A stretch of 64,000 nucleotides of DNA from an uncultured Synechococcaceae cyanobacterium (lineage in GTDB: Bacteria; Cyanobacteriota; Cyanobacteriia; PCC-6307; Cyanobiaceae): assembly GCA_902578445.1 (NCBI GenBank), contig CACHDC010000002.1:3157-67156 (forward strand), in the 5' to 3' direction. Every line of letters starts with the position of its first letter. Within the stretch, counting starts at the first letter, position 1. Positions 43,856 through 54,677 of the stretch are shown here, piece after piece. A program made the translations under genes and the position numbers. Under the pieces are notes generated by a model. That model made no database searches. It saw only the letters and a program-made list of their open reading frames with translations, and had not been told where the DNA came from.

Positions 43856-44590
43856 ATGATAAATATGTTGAATTTAAACTTATTCAGAAATATAGGATTC
43901 CCTCTCTACTTATTTATTTATCTCATTCTCCCCTATTCAGCAATAACGCAAACTTTAAAAGTTGATTTTATAAGAAATTTAGAGACCTCATTAAATAAGC
44001 GAGACTTAGAGTTTATTAAAAAAAATTTTAGAAATGATGAAAACCAAAATATTCCAAAACAATTTTCAAAGATTATTAATGATTTCCCTAACAGCAAATG
44101 GAAGATCAAAAGATTAAAATCTAATATTCCAGATGAAGATATTTTGCGAATAAAAGTTTCTGGGGAAAAAATAGTTAACGGAGAAATATATATACTCGAA
44201 TCCAAATTTGATTATTTATTTTCAATCGTAAATGGAAAAATAAGTGAAGGGATTATCAAAAATTTATTCACCACAATAAGAAACGATAATAAAAAAATAG
44301 ATATTAGTTTTAAAATTCCTGATAGAGTTCTTACTGGTTCAAAATACGATATCGATATAATTCTAAATAAGCCTCTTGAAGAAGTGATTATTGCTGGATC
44401 TATAAAACCTCATCAAGTTAATTCATTGTTTGAACAAGAAATATTATTGGAACCATTGGCGTCTGGAGGGATTTTTAAAATTACAAGAGCCCCTTCAAAA
44501 CCAGGGATGCAAATTTGGTCAGGAATCATAGCTCATCCTGATGGAATGATTACTTTCACAAAGAGCATTGATATTGTTGATGAGATATAG
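43856..44590 (+). CDS. Hypothetical exported protein (possibly NTF2-like)
   Basis: 244-aa ORF with an N-terminal hydrophobic segment and a C-terminal GGIFK motif. Confidence 0.65.
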   Translation: MINMLNLNLFRNIGFPLYLFIYLILPYSAITQTLKVDFIRNLETSLNKRDLEFIKKNFRNDENQNIPKQFSKIINDFPNSKWKIKRLKSNIPDEDILRIKVSGEKIVNGEIYILESKFDYLFSIVNGKISEGIIKNLFTTIRNDNKKIDISFKIPDRVLTGSKYDIDIILNKPLEEVIIAGSIKPHQVNSLFEQEILLEPLASGGIFKITRAPSKPGMQIWSGIIAHPDGMITFTKSIDIVDEI

Positions 44591-44591
44591 C

Positions 44592-45800
44592 CTAAGCGTC
44601 GTTTAAAGCAGCCACACCTGGTAAAGTTTTACCTTCTAAAAGTTCCAAACTAGCCCCACCTCCGGTAGATATATGAGACATTTTCTCAGCTAATCCTGCT
44701 TTCTCAACTGCTGCAACTGAATCTCCACCACCAATTATTGTACAAACTTCAGAAAAAGCACTTAAGTCCGCAAGAGTCGTAGCTATTGCATTTGTCCCAT
44801 CTGCAAATTTATCAAATTCAAAAACTCCCATTGGACCATTCCAAATAATTGTCTTACATTCTGCAAGAGCATTCTGAAAAACTTTAATGGAATCTGGACC
44901 AATATCTAGACCCATCCAATTCCCACTAATTGCATCAATTTGAGATATTCTACTATTGGCTTCAGGAGAAAATTCATCAGCCAAAACTACATCAGTAGGT
45001 AATAATAACTCTACTCCTTTTGCTTTTGCTTTTGCTTCTAAATCTTTAGCAAGCTCGAGTTTATCTTCTTCTACAAGGCTCTTTCCGACATCTAAACCTC
45101 TAGCTTTATAAAAAGTGAAAATCATACCTCCACCAATCATGATTTTGTCACACTTATCTAGTAAAGAATCAAGTACTCCTATTTTGCTACTAACCTTTGA
45201 CCCTCCAACTATTGCTGCCAATGGACGATTTGGGGAATCTACTGCTCCTTGTAGGTATTTCAATTCTTTTTCTAAAAGGAATCCAGCTACTGAGGGACTT
45301 AAATAATTTGTAACACCCTGAGTTGAAGCGTGCGCTCTATGAGCAGCACCGAAAGCATCATTTACATACATATCTGCATGTGATGCTAATTTTTCAGCAA
45401 ACTCCAGGTCGTTCTTTTCCTCTTCGCCAAAAAAACGAACATTCTCAAGTAAAAGAACATCTCCACTAGATAAGCTATTTGATTGTGCAACTGCTTCATC
45501 ACCAATACAACTGTTAGTAAGAGCAACATTTTGCCCCAACAATTCACTTAATCTTGCTGCTACTGGAGTTAATCTCATTTTTTCATTTACCTGACCCTTC
45601 GGTCTACCAAAATGAGCAGCTAAAATGACTTTTGCAGAATGATTAATAAGATATTCAATAGTTGGGATCGCTGCACGAATACGCGTATCGTCGGTTATTT
45701 GACCGTCTTCATTTAATGGAACATTAAAATCTACTCTTACAAGAACTTTTTTTCCTTCTAAATGTGTCTTATCAAGACTGGAAAGAGATAATTTTGACAT
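44592..45800 (-). CDS. pgk: Phosphoglycerate kinase
   Basis: [23 protein letters not shown] and STGGGASLE motifs. Confidence 0.98.
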   Translation of the reverse strand: MSKLSLSSLDKTHLEGKKVLVRVDFNVPLNEDGQITDDTRIRAAIPTIEYLINHSAKVILAAHFGRPKGQVNEKMRLTPVAARLSELLGQNVALTNSCIGDEAVAQSNSLSSGDVLLLENVRFFGEEEKNDLEFAEKLASHADMYVNDAFGAAHRAHASTQGVTNYLSPSVAGFLLEKELKYLQGAVDSPNRPLAAIVGGSKVSSKIGVLDSLLDKCDKIMIGGGMIFTFYKARGLDVGKSLVEEDKLELAKDLEAKAKAKGVELLLPTDVVLADEFSPEANSRISQIDAISGNWMGLDIGPDSIKVFQNALAECKTIIWNGPMGVFEFDKFADGTNAIATTLADLSAFSEVCTIIGGGDSVAAVEKAGLAEKMSHISTGGGASLELLEGKTLPGVAALNDA

Positions 45801-45833
45801 TAAACAAGCTATATTTATAATCTCAAGACCCTA

Positions 45834-45876
45834 ACGTTAATTTGGGCTTATTGGGTTAAAAAGTAGTTACTGTTAC
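45834..45876 (-). promoter_or_regulatory. Candidate NtcA box with -10 element facing pgk
   Basis: GTA-GTTACTGT-TAC at 45863-45876; minus-strand TAACGT at 45839-45834, 23 nt away. Confidence 0.45.
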
Positions 45877-46012
45877 CTATGCCTTAATAAATTTTAAGAA
45901 TTAACGATTATAAAAATTTTTAGTTATTAAATTTATACTAAAATTTAGAAGTAAATACTTTTGAAAGTTATAAAAACTAAAAGGAATACAAAATTTTATT
46001 TGATTTATTGAA

Positions 46013-46885
46013 GTGGACATACCCAAAATCCAATGGTACCCAGGCCATATCGCAAAAGCAGAAAAGAAATTATCTGAAGTTATCAATAAAGTAGATTTAG
46101 TTATAGAAGTTAGAGATGCACGAATTCCTTTGTCAACAGGACATCCACACTTAAATAAATGGATAAATAATAAAAAACATATTCTTGTTATTAACAGATC
46201 AGATATGATCTCCCCGAATACAATCAATAGTTGGAATAAATGGTTTAATTCTAAAGATCAATATCCTCTTTGGTGTGATGCTAAAAGAGGAATAGGGATT
46301 AAAGAAATTTGTAAGTCAGCCAAAGATTCTAGGTCGTCAATCGACGATAGAAGACTCTCTAGAGGAATGCGAATTAGGCCAATTAGAGCCCTTACACTTG
46401 GTTTTCCAAACGTAGGAAAGTCGGCATTAATTAATAGAATCGCAAAAAAAAGAGTTGTAGATAGCGCTAGGAAAGCAGGCGTGACTCGTAATTTAAGATG
46501 GATAAAATTAGAAAGTGGTATAGATCTTCTAGATGCTCCTGGTGTTATACCTCCAAATTTAGAAGATCAAAAATCAGCACTTAATCTTGCACTGTGTGAC
46601 GATATTGGAGAAGCTGCTTATGAAATAGAGAGTGTCGCAATTGGATTTATCAAAATTATATCCACTCTCAATAAAGATAAGAATGCGAATATCTCAGTTA
46701 AACAAATATCTAATAGATATGGAGTTGATATTACTAAAGGCTTTAAGAGTCCTTCTGCTTGGATCGACGAAGCAGCTTCAAAACATACCTCAGGCGATAA
46801 AAGGAGAATGTCTCATAAGTTATTGGAAGATTATAGAAATCAAATGCTGGGTAAAATTGCTTTAGAAGTCCCACTATGGAATTAA
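46013..46885 (+). CDS. ylqF: Ribosome biogenesis GTPase YlqF/RbgA
   Basis: IQWYPGH, DARIP, GFPNVGKS and DAPG motifs. Confidence 0.95.
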   Translation: MDIPKIQWYPGHIAKAEKKLSEVINKVDLVIEVRDARIPLSTGHPHLNKWINNKKHILVINRSDMISPNTINSWNKWFNSKDQYPLWCDAKRGIGIKEICKSAKDSRSSIDDRRLSRGMRIRPIRALTLGFPNVGKSALINRIAKKRVVDSARKAGVTRNLRWIKLESGIDLLDAPGVIPPNLEDQKSALNLALCDDIGEAAYEIESVAIGFIKIISTLNKDKNANISVKQISNRYGVDITKGFKSPSAWIDEAASKHTSGDKRRMSHKLLEDYRNQMLGKIALEVPLWN

Positions 46886-47835
46886 ATAATCAAAATTCTT
46901 TCGGCATTGGAGAAGGTGAGCTTATAGAAATTATTTATGAGCTACCTCTTCCTATGAGGCTAGACAGATGGTTGGTAAGTAAAAGGCCAGAACAAAGTAG
47001 AGCAAGAATTCAACATTTTATAAATTCAGGTTTAGTACTTGTAAACTATAAGACTGCGAAAGCAAAGACCCCATTAAAAAATGGCGACAATATTCAAATA
47101 TGGATGCCTCCTCCAGAACCTCTTATTTATTTGAAACCTGAAAAAATAGATTTAAATATCCTTTTTGAAGACGAGCACATCATAGTAATTAATAAACAAT
47201 CAGGACTAATTGTTCATCCAGCACCTGGACACAAATCTGGAACTTTAGTGAATGGATTACTTTTTCACTGTAAAGATCTACCTGGAATTAATGGGAAACT
47301 AAGACCTGGGATTGTTCACAGATTAGATAAAGATACCTCCGGATGTATGGTTGTTGCAAAAAGCCAAGAGGCATTAGTAAATCTCCAGAAACAAATTAAA
47401 GAAAAAATAGCATCGCGCGAATATATTGCAGTAATTCATGGAGCACCGAATTCTGAAGAAGGCCAAATAGTGGGAAACATTGGCAGAGATAAATTAAATA
47501 GATTGAAATATAAAGTAGTTGAAGAAACCTCAGGAAGGTATGCCTGTACCTATTGGAAATTAGAAGAAAGATTTGGCAATTACTCATTAATGAGTTTCAA
47601 ACTAGATACGGGGCGAACGCATCAAATAAGAGTACATTGCGCTCACATTAATCATCCAATTGTGGGTGATCCGTTATATGGAAGATGTAAAAAACTACCC
47701 TGTAAATTAGATGGCCAAGCTTTACACGCCATTAAGCTTGGACTTATACATCCAATAAATGGTAAAGAAATGATATTTGAATCAGAATTACCATTAGATT
47801 TTCAAAAATTACTAAGTGTTCTTAAAGTTAAATAA
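46876..47835 (+). CDS. rluD: RluA/RluD family pseudouridine synthase
   Basis: S4 domain, HRLDKDTSG, TGRTHQIRVH and GDPLY motifs. Confidence 0.9.
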   Translation: MELNNQNSFGIGEGELIEIIYELPLPMRLDRWLVSKRPEQSRARIQHFINSGLVLVNYKTAKAKTPLKNGDNIQIWMPPPEPLIYLKPEKIDLNILFEDEHIIVINKQSGLIVHPAPGHKSGTLVNGLLFHCKDLPGINGKLRPGIVHRLDKDTSGCMVVAKSQEALVNLQKQIKEKIASREYIAVIHGAPNSEEGQIVGNIGRDKLNRLKYKVVEETSGRYACTYWKLEERFGNYSLMSFKLDTGRTHQIRVHCAHINHPIVGDPLYGRCKKLPCKLDGQALHAIKLGLIHPINGKEMIFESELPLDFQKLLSVLKVK

Positions 47836-49426
47836 GATTCAAAGAGGAATTTAGAAGCGATTTTGTATACGTGTTTTGAGTTTTAGTGAATATTGTAGAA
47901 CTTTCTCCTTCATCAACTATCTTTCCGTGATTCATAACTAGCAACCTATCACAAAATCTTTTAGCAATGCCCAAATCATGAGTAATAAAGATAATCGTTA
48001 AATTCATTTTTTCTTGCAAGACTCTAAGTAATTCAAGAATCTCTATTTTTACTGAAGCATCCAACATATTAACGCTCTCATCACAAATCAAAATTTTTGG
48101 TTTCAACAATAGCGCTCTGGCTAATGAAATTCTTTGCAATTGACCACCAGATAATTGGCTAGGATAAGAATTAAAAAAATCATTATTTAAGGGAAGATTC
48201 AAATTTTTAAACATTAATTTTATTTCTTTTTCGATTTTTCTTTTATCTGAAATTTTTTGAATAAAAAATATATCTTCCAAAATACTTTTAATTGTCATTT
48301 TAGGGTTCAAACTTGAAAAAGGATCTTGAAAAATAATTTGCACTTTATTGTTCTTTTTAAAAGATTTATTTTTTTTCAATGCATGATTTTTATCATAAAT
48401 TTTGATTTCACCACCTCTTACTTTAAGAAGTCCAATTAAAGCCCTACATAATGTACTTTTACCACTCCCTGAAGAACCAACTATTCCAAGAGTCTCATTC
48501 TCATATAACTTGAAACTAACTTCATTTAAAGCCTTATTCCATTTATTAATGAAAATTGAAGAATTTAATTTATACCAATGTCTTAGGTTATTTACCTCTA
48601 GAACGACCTTATCTCGAGCATTATTTTTAGTATTTGGTTCTAATACTATTTTTGAAGCATTTACTAACTTTTTCCCGATATCTGATTTTGGTGATTGAAA
48701 AATATCTAATATATTCCCTTTTTCAACAATCGATCCCTTTTCAATTATTGCAACTTTTTTACACCACTTTGCTGCAAGATTAATATCATGACTAATTAAA
48801 ATTAAAGTTGTATCAAATTCATTACATAGATGAATTATTTCTTGCATAATTTCAAAACTTGTTTTGGTATCTAAGCTTGTTGTAGGTTCATCAGCTATTA
48901 ATAATTTAGGTTTCAAAGCAAGTGCCATTGCTATAGAAACTCTCTGTCTCATTCCGCCGCTAAATTGATGTGGGAAAGAATCAAGTCTACTTTCTTCAAT
49001 TCCGACTTTTTGAAAAACTTCTCTTACTAATTTTTTAATAGCTAAAGATGATTGAGTTTGATCATGTGTTTTAAATAATTCATATAAATGATCCCCAACT
49101 CTCATTAGCGGATTAAGTTTTTTTATAGAGTCTTGATAAATAAATCCAAAATTCTTTCTTCTAAATAATTGTGCATCTTTGTTGTTTATTTTCCTAGGAT
49201 CTACATTAGAAATAGATAGATACCCTTTAGAAGTGGCCTTTGCAGGCAATATATTTACTAATGTTTTTGCAAAAGTGGTCTTTCCACATCCAGAAGGTCC
49301 TATTATGGCCAAATGATCTCCACTATCTATTTCCAAATTAAAATTTTTGATAATAGGTTGCTGTTTTAGACCATATTTAACAGTAAGATTTTTAACTACA
49401 ATAATTTTTTCTTTATTTTTTTCCAT
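47828..49426 (-). CDS. Peptide/nickel-type ABC transporter ATPase with two fused domains
   Basis: Two Walker A motifs (GPSGCGKT, GSSGSGKS) and two signatures (FSGGMRQR, LSGGQLQR). Confidence 0.9.
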   Translation of the reverse strand: MEKNKEKIIVVKNLTVKYGLKQQPIIKNFNLEIDSGDHLAIIGPSGCGKTTFAKTLVNILPAKATSKGYLSISNVDPRKINNKDAQLFRRKNFGFIYQDSIKKLNPLMRVGDHLYELFKTHDQTQSSLAIKKLVREVFQKVGIEESRLDSFPHQFSGGMRQRVSIAMALALKPKLLIADEPTTSLDTKTSFEIMQEIIHLCNEFDTTLILISHDINLAAKWCKKVAIIEKGSIVEKGNILDIFQSPKSDIGKKLVNASKIVLEPNTKNNARDKVVLEVNNLRHWYKLNSSIFINKWNKALNEVSFKLYENETLGIVGSSGSGKSTLCRALIGLLKVRGGEIKIYDKNHALKKNKSFKKNNKVQIIFQDPFSSLNPKMTIKSILEDIFFIQKISDKRKIEKEIKLMFKNLNLPLNNDFFNSYPSQLSGGQLQRISLARALLLKPKILICDESVNMLDASVKIEILELLRVLQEKMNLTIIFITHDLGIAKRFCDRLLVMNHGKIVDEGESSTIFTKTQNTYTKSLLNSSLNLI

Positions 49427-49480
49427 GATTTATAGCAAATTTTTCTAGACATAAATAAAATACATCTAAAGCAATATAAA

Positions 49481-51790
49481 ATGTCCGAGGCAGCTGCAAA
49501 TTCAAAAGAAAAAAACGAAATTGAAGTTTCCAAAACTATTTTGCCTGAAAATAAAAAATATGAAAGTGAATCTTTGAATTATCAAATAAACATTCCTGAT
49601 TGGCTTCTTAAAGATATTCATAATTTTGAAAAATCAAATAAAGAAAATGATGAGAATAAAAACCTTATAGTAAAGGCTTTTAAACTTGCTTATAAAGCTC
49701 ATGATGGACAATTCCGTGCGAGCGGCGAGCCATACATTATCCACCCGGTTGCTGTTGCAAATCTCCTTAAAGAAATAGGTGCTAGTTCATCTGTTATTGC
49801 TGCAGGCCTTTTACATGATGTAGTTGAAGATACTGGCATTGATTTATCCGAAATAGAAACAAATTTTGGATTAGAAGTAAAAATACTTGTAGAAGGTGTA
49901 ACAAAATTAGGCGGCATTCACTTTAACAACAGGACTGAAGCACAAGCTGAAAATCTCAGGAAAATGTTTTTGGCTATGGCCAGCGATATCAGAGTTGTCT
50001 TAGTTAAACTTGCAGATCGACTACATAACATGAGAACAATTGAATGGCTAAATGATGAGAAAAAACTAAGAATAGCGAGAGAAACAAGAGAGATTTATGC
50101 ACCATTAGCTAATCGACTAGGAATAAACAGATTTAAATGGGAATTAGAAGATTTAGCTTTTAAATTCCTAGAGCCTAAAGAATATCTAGATCTTAAAGAT
50201 CAAATCGCCGTTAAAAGAAGTGATAGAGAAAAAAGATTAAAAGTAACTTTGAATCTTATGAAGGAAAACTTGATTTCAGCGGGTTTGAAAAATTTTGAAA
50301 TAACAGGAAGGCCAAAACATCTTTATGGCATCTGGAGCAAAATGGAAAGACAACAAAAGCATTTTCACGAGATTTATGATGTTGCTGCCCTAAGAATTAT
50401 CGTGGACAATTCAGATAGTTGTTATAGAGCTTTAGCAGTTGTTCATGATACTTTCAAACCAATTCCAGGTAGATTTAAAGACTATATAGGATTACCAAAA
50501 CCCAATGGATATCAGTCCTTACACACTTCTGTGATTGGAAGACATCGACCTATTGAAGTTCAAATTAGAACTACTTCGATGCATCAAATTGCTGAATATG
50601 GTATTGCCGCTCATTGGCAATATAAAGAGGGTGGTTCTCCTGCTAAAAGTAATGCCGAGAGATTTAATTGGCTAAGACAATTAGTAGAATGGCAACAAGA
50701 AGGTAATGAAAGGGATCATAATGATTATTTAGCTTCAATTAAAGAAGATTTATTTGATGAAGAAGTATTTGTAATAACTCCAAAAGGAGATGTTGTTGGT
50801 TTAAGGAAAGGATCTACCGCGATAGATTTCGCCTACAGAATCCATTCAGAAGTTGGAAATCACTGTAATGGAATAAGAATTAATGAAAAACTTTCTCCAT
50901 TATCTACAGCACTTCAAAATGGTGACTTCATAGAAATTTTGACAAGTAATAATGCTACTCCAAGCTTGGATTGGCTGAACTTTGTAGTTACGCCAACTGC
51001 TAAAAATAGAATTCGCCAATGGTATAAGAAAAGCCATCGTGATGAAACGATTAAAAGAGGTAGAGATTTACTTGAAAAAGAAGTAGGTAGAAACGGTTTT
51101 GAAGCATTACTTTCTAGTGAAGCCATGAAAAAAGTTGCAAATCGATGCAATTTAAAAACTACTGAAGACCTTCTTGCATCTCTTGGTTTTGGTGGTTTAA
51201 CTTTGCATCAAGTATTAAACAGACTAAGAGAAGAAATAAAATTACAGACAGAAGATGTAAAAAATGATTCTGACTCTGAAATAGCAAAATCTCTTAAAAG
51301 TAATAATAATTTATCCACTAATCAATCTAATACAGCAGCTAAATCACCAATTTCCGGGATAGAAGGTCTTGATTACAGAATAGGTAAATGCTGTTCCCCA
51401 CTCCCAGGCGAGGATATTATCGGAACTGTGTCGCTCGGCAACCATGGGATAACTATACATAGGGAAGATTGTGAAAATGTAATACCAATTCCAATAGAGA
51501 GAAGATTACCTGTCGGTTGGAATCAAGATAATAAAACTGGTGATAATAAGTTTCCAATTCAGCTACGAATAGAAGTAATTGATCGAGTTGGAGTTCTTAA
51601 AGATATTCTTATGCGGTTATCTGATAAAGGTATAAACGTTAGTGATGCCAATGTTAAAACTGCTTATGGTAAACCAGCTATTATAAATCTTTGTGTAGGT
51701 CTTGAAAGTTATAATCAACTTCACAAAACAATTGAACAAATTAAATCAATGGCAGATGTTTTAGATATTGCCAGAGTTGGACAAAGTTAA
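49481..51790 (+). CDS. spoT: Bifunctional (p)ppGpp synthase/hydrolase
   Basis: HD domain (LHDVVED), RFKDY, YQSLHT, TGS and ACT domains. Confidence 0.96.
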   Translation: MSEAAANSKEKNEIEVSKTILPENKKYESESLNYQINIPDWLLKDIHNFEKSNKENDENKNLIVKAFKLAYKAHDGQFRASGEPYIIHPVAVANLLKEIGASSSVIAAGLLHDVVEDTGIDLSEIETNFGLEVKILVEGVTKLGGIHFNNRTEAQAENLRKMFLAMASDIRVVLVKLADRLHNMRTIEWLNDEKKLRIARETREIYAPLANRLGINRFKWELEDLAFKFLEPKEYLDLKDQIAVKRSDREKRLKVTLNLMKENLISAGLKNFEITGRPKHLYGIWSKMERQQKHFHEIYDVAALRIIVDNSDSCYRALAVVHDTFKPIPGRFKDYIGLPKPNGYQSLHTSVIGRHRPIEVQIRTTSMHQIAEYGIAAHWQYKEGGSPAKSNAERFNWLRQLVEWQQEGNERDHNDYLASIKEDLFDEEVFVITPKGDVVGLRKGSTAIDFAYRIHSEVGNHCNGIRINEKLSPLSTALQNGDFIEILTSNNATPSLDWLNFVVTPTAKNRIRQWYKKSHRDETIKRGRDLLEKEVGRNGFEALLSSEAMKKVANRCNLKTTEDLLASLGFGGLTLHQVLNRLREEIKLQTEDVKNDSDSEIAKSLKSNNNLSTNQSNTAAKSPISGIEGLDYRIGKCCSPLPGEDIIGTVSLGNHGITIHREDCENVIPIPIERRLPVGWNQDNKTGDNKFPIQLRIEVIDRVGVLKDILMRLSDKGINVSDANVKTAYGKPAIINLCVGLESYNQLHKTIEQIKSMADVLDIARVGQS

Positions 51791-51808
51791 TTTTAAAATC
51801 AGATCAAT

Positions 51809-52252
51809 CTATCTTTTACTTTTTATCTTGTAGATAAAGAAAACAATGCTGCCGCAAATCAAAGCTAATAAAATACCTACACAAGATGAACCTAAGAGTA
51901 ATTTTAAGGAAAAAATTCTACCTTGTTTCCATAAGTCATCAATAACTAAACTTTTTTCAAGAATTTTATTAGAAGGATTATTTAAAAAAATCGAACCAAC
52001 TTTATAGTTAAAATAATAAAGTGGAATATAAGTAAAAGGGTTGCTGATCCAGGTACCAATTGCAGCTAGAACAATATTTCCCTTAGCTATTTTCGCAAAA
52101 AATACTCCCATTAAAGTCTGAAAACCAAAAAATGGAAAGCAACCACTAAATACCCCAATAGCTAAACCTTTAGCATTAAAGAAAGGGCTTCCATTCTGAC
52201 TCCTAAATAATGATAGAATTTTCTTATAGGTAATATCTCTTTTAAATCTCAT
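51809..52252 (-). CDS. DUF2062 membrane protein
   Basis: AKGLAIGVF, PFFGFQ and TWISNPFT motifs. Confidence 0.85.
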   Translation of the reverse strand: MRFKRDITYKKILSLFRSQNGSPFFNAKGLAIGVFSGCFPFFGFQTLMGVFFAKIAKGNIVLAAIGTWISNPFTYIPLYYFNYKVGSIFLNNPSNKILEKSLVIDDLWKQGRIFSLKLLLGSSCVGILLALICGSIVFFIYKIKSKR

Positions 52253-52318
52253 TCAGAAAGAAAATTTCAAAATTAAATTCTTGATAATCTTACTTAATTA
52301 TCCATAACAAAGCGAGAG

Positions 52319-53701
52319 ATGGATTCAATAGTTACTACAGAAGATACGATAGCCGCAATTGCTTCAGCTATAAGTATTGGGAAGGGAGGAGTTGCGATAA
52401 TAAGAGTATCAGGGAAAGACGCAATAAATTCTTGCAAAAAGATTGTTCAAACTAAATCTAAATATGCATGGGAATCACATAGGGTTTTTCGTGGTTTTAT
52501 TCAGGAAAATAAACAAAATAAATTTATAGATGAGGTTTTAATTTTAGTGATGAAATCCCCAAATAGCTTCACAGGAGAGGATGTAGTTGAACTTCATTGC
52601 CATGGCGGAATTATCATAGTAAATAAAGTTTTAAAGATATTATTATCTAGTAATTCTAGAGTTAGACTTGCGAACCCAGGAGAATTTAGTCAAAGAGCTT
52701 TTCTTAATGGAAAAATAGACCTTACTCAAGCCGAGTCGATTAATCAATTAATTAATGCAAGCAATACCAGATCGGCAGAGTTAGCCTTTAGCGGGGTTCA
52801 AGGAGAAATAAAGAAAAAAATTGATGATATTAAAAATGACCTTATAAATCAACTTTGCGAAATAGAAGCGAGAGTTGATTTTGAAGAAGACTTCACAGAT
52901 TTTGATTACAGTAAATATCTAAAAAACATTAAAAAAGTCAAAGAAAAAATAGAATTACTAATAGAAAATGCAAAAAGAAATTCATATATTCACAATGGAA
53001 TATCCATTGCGCTTATAGGTAAAACAAATGTTGGTAAAAGCTCTTTATTAAATTTGCTTGCAAAAAAAGAGAAAGCAATCGTAACTAATATTCCTGGAAC
53101 AACTAGAGATGTTATTGAAGTTAATTTAACTATTAATGATATTCCAATGAAAATAATTGATACTGCTGGCATAAGAGAAACTCATGAACAAATTGAAAGT
53201 ATTGGAATTAAAAAAAGTTTTAGGAAAATAAAAGAGTCAGATTTTATAATTTATATTTATAGTCTTGAAGAAGGATTTAATGAAGAAGACAAAAAAATAA
53301 TACAAGAAATTCCCAAAGAAAAATTAATTACTATTTTGGGCAATAAAAAAGATTTAATTGATTGCAAAAATATTAATTCAAATGAGTTAAAAAACACAAT
53401 TCTTATGAGTATTAAGAATAATGATGGTGAAAAATTATTAATACATACAATCATTAAAAAATGCGGATTAAAACAAGTAGAAAATATTAATATATTTTTA
53501 AACGAAAGACATCTAACGAATTTGTCTGCTTGCTTATCTAATTTAAATGATACTGATGAAATAATTGAAAATAAATTGCCATTTGATTTGTTATCAATTG
53601 AACTGAGAGATGGAATTCAAAACTTATCTAAAATAACTGGTCAAGAATTAACAGAGGAACTTCTAAATAATATTTTTTCTAAGTTTTGTATTGGTAAATA
53701 A
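52319..53701 (+). CDS. mnmE: tRNA modification GTPase MnmE
   Basis: [30 protein letters not shown] and C-terminal FCIGK. Confidence 0.97.
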   Translation: MDSIVTTEDTIAAIASAISIGKGGVAIIRVSGKDAINSCKKIVQTKSKYAWESHRVFRGFIQENKQNKFIDEVLILVMKSPNSFTGEDVVELHCHGGIIIVNKVLKILLSSNSRVRLANPGEFSQRAFLNGKIDLTQAESINQLINASNTRSAELAFSGVQGEIKKKIDDIKNDLINQLCEIEARVDFEEDFTDFDYSKYLKNIKKVKEKIELLIENAKRNSYIHNGISIALIGKTNVGKSSLLNLLAKKEKAIVTNIPGTTRDVIEVNLTINDIPMKIIDTAGIRETHEQIESIGIKKSFRKIKESDFIIYIYSLEEGFNEEDKKIIQEIPKEKLITILGNKKDLIDCKNINSNELKNTILMSIKNNDGEKLLIHTIIKKCGLKQVENINIFLNERHLTNLSACLSNLNDTDEIIENKLPFDLLSIELRDGIQNLSKITGQELTEELLNNIFSKFCIGK

Positions 53702-53783
53702 ATTTGAGTTAAATTACATAGTGATATATAGTTGATTCTCTAACTTCAGTTTAATTTTTATTAATTAATTATTTATTAGTTTA

Positions 53784-54650
53784 GTGGATTTAAATACTCC
53801 AATAATAAGTAAAATCATTGATAATTGGATCAATGAAGATATAGGTAGGGGAGATCTTACAAGTCCCTCTATTACAGAAGAGAATGGTAATGCATATTGG
53901 GTTGCAAAAGAGGAGGGAATATTTTGTGGGGTTGAAATTATAAAAGAAATTTTTAGAAAAATTGATTTAAAAATCAGTCCAAAATTTAATATCTCTGATG
54001 GAGATAAATTTGTTAAAGATCAAAAACTCTTAGAAATATATGGACCTTCAAAAAGTTTACTCGCTAGTGAAAGGATCAGCTTAAATATAGCAATGCATTT
54101 ATCTGGAATATCAACATATACAAAGAATCTTACAGATAAATTAAAAGGCACAAATATAAAATTAGCAGATACTAGAAAAACTACTCCTGGCTTAAGAATA
54201 TTTGAAAAATATGCATTCAAATGCGGAGGTGGGGTGAATCATAGAATGGGATTATACGATGCTGCTATGATCAAAGAAAATCATATTGCATGGACAGATA
54301 ATCTTAATAATGCAGTACAAAAAATTCGCCTAAATTCGCCTTTTACAACTCATATCATAATTGAAGCTGAGAATATCGAACAGGCAAAAGAAGCAGTATT
54401 AGCAGGAGCGGATAGTGTCTTATTAGATGAACTTAGTCCTGAAACAATCAAAAAAAGCGTTCAAGAATTAAGAGATTTATCAATAAATAGCTCAAAAAAA
54501 GAAGTCAAGAAAAATTTGATAATAGAAGTTTCTGGAATAAACCCTCAAGAAATTAGTAAATATCTAATAAAAGGTATTGATTTGATTTCAACAAGTTCTT
54601 CAATCACCAAAAGTAATTGGATTGATTTGAGTATGCGTTATATTAATTAA
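53784..54650 (+). CDS. nadC: Quinolinate phosphoribosyltransferase
   Basis: EDIGRGDLT, DTRKTTPG, HRMGL and KENH motifs. Confidence 0.96.
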   Translation: MDLNTPIISKIIDNWINEDIGRGDLTSPSITEENGNAYWVAKEEGIFCGVEIIKEIFRKIDLKISPKFNISDGDKFVKDQKLLEIYGPSKSLLASERISLNIAMHLSGISTYTKNLTDKLKGTNIKLADTRKTTPGLRIFEKYAFKCGGGVNHRMGLYDAAMIKENHIAWTDNLNNAVQKIRLNSPFTTHIIIEAENIEQAKEAVLAGADSVLLDELSPETIKKSVQELRDLSINSSKKEVKKNLIIEVSGINPQEISKYLIKGIDLISTSSSITKSNWIDLSMRYIN

Positions 54651-54677
54651 TCATATAGATAAATAATTGAATAATTA

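Noticed and set aside
45901-46227. 108-aa minus-strand ORF overlapping the ylqF start
   Set aside because: Mostly antisense to ylqF, low complexity and no motif.
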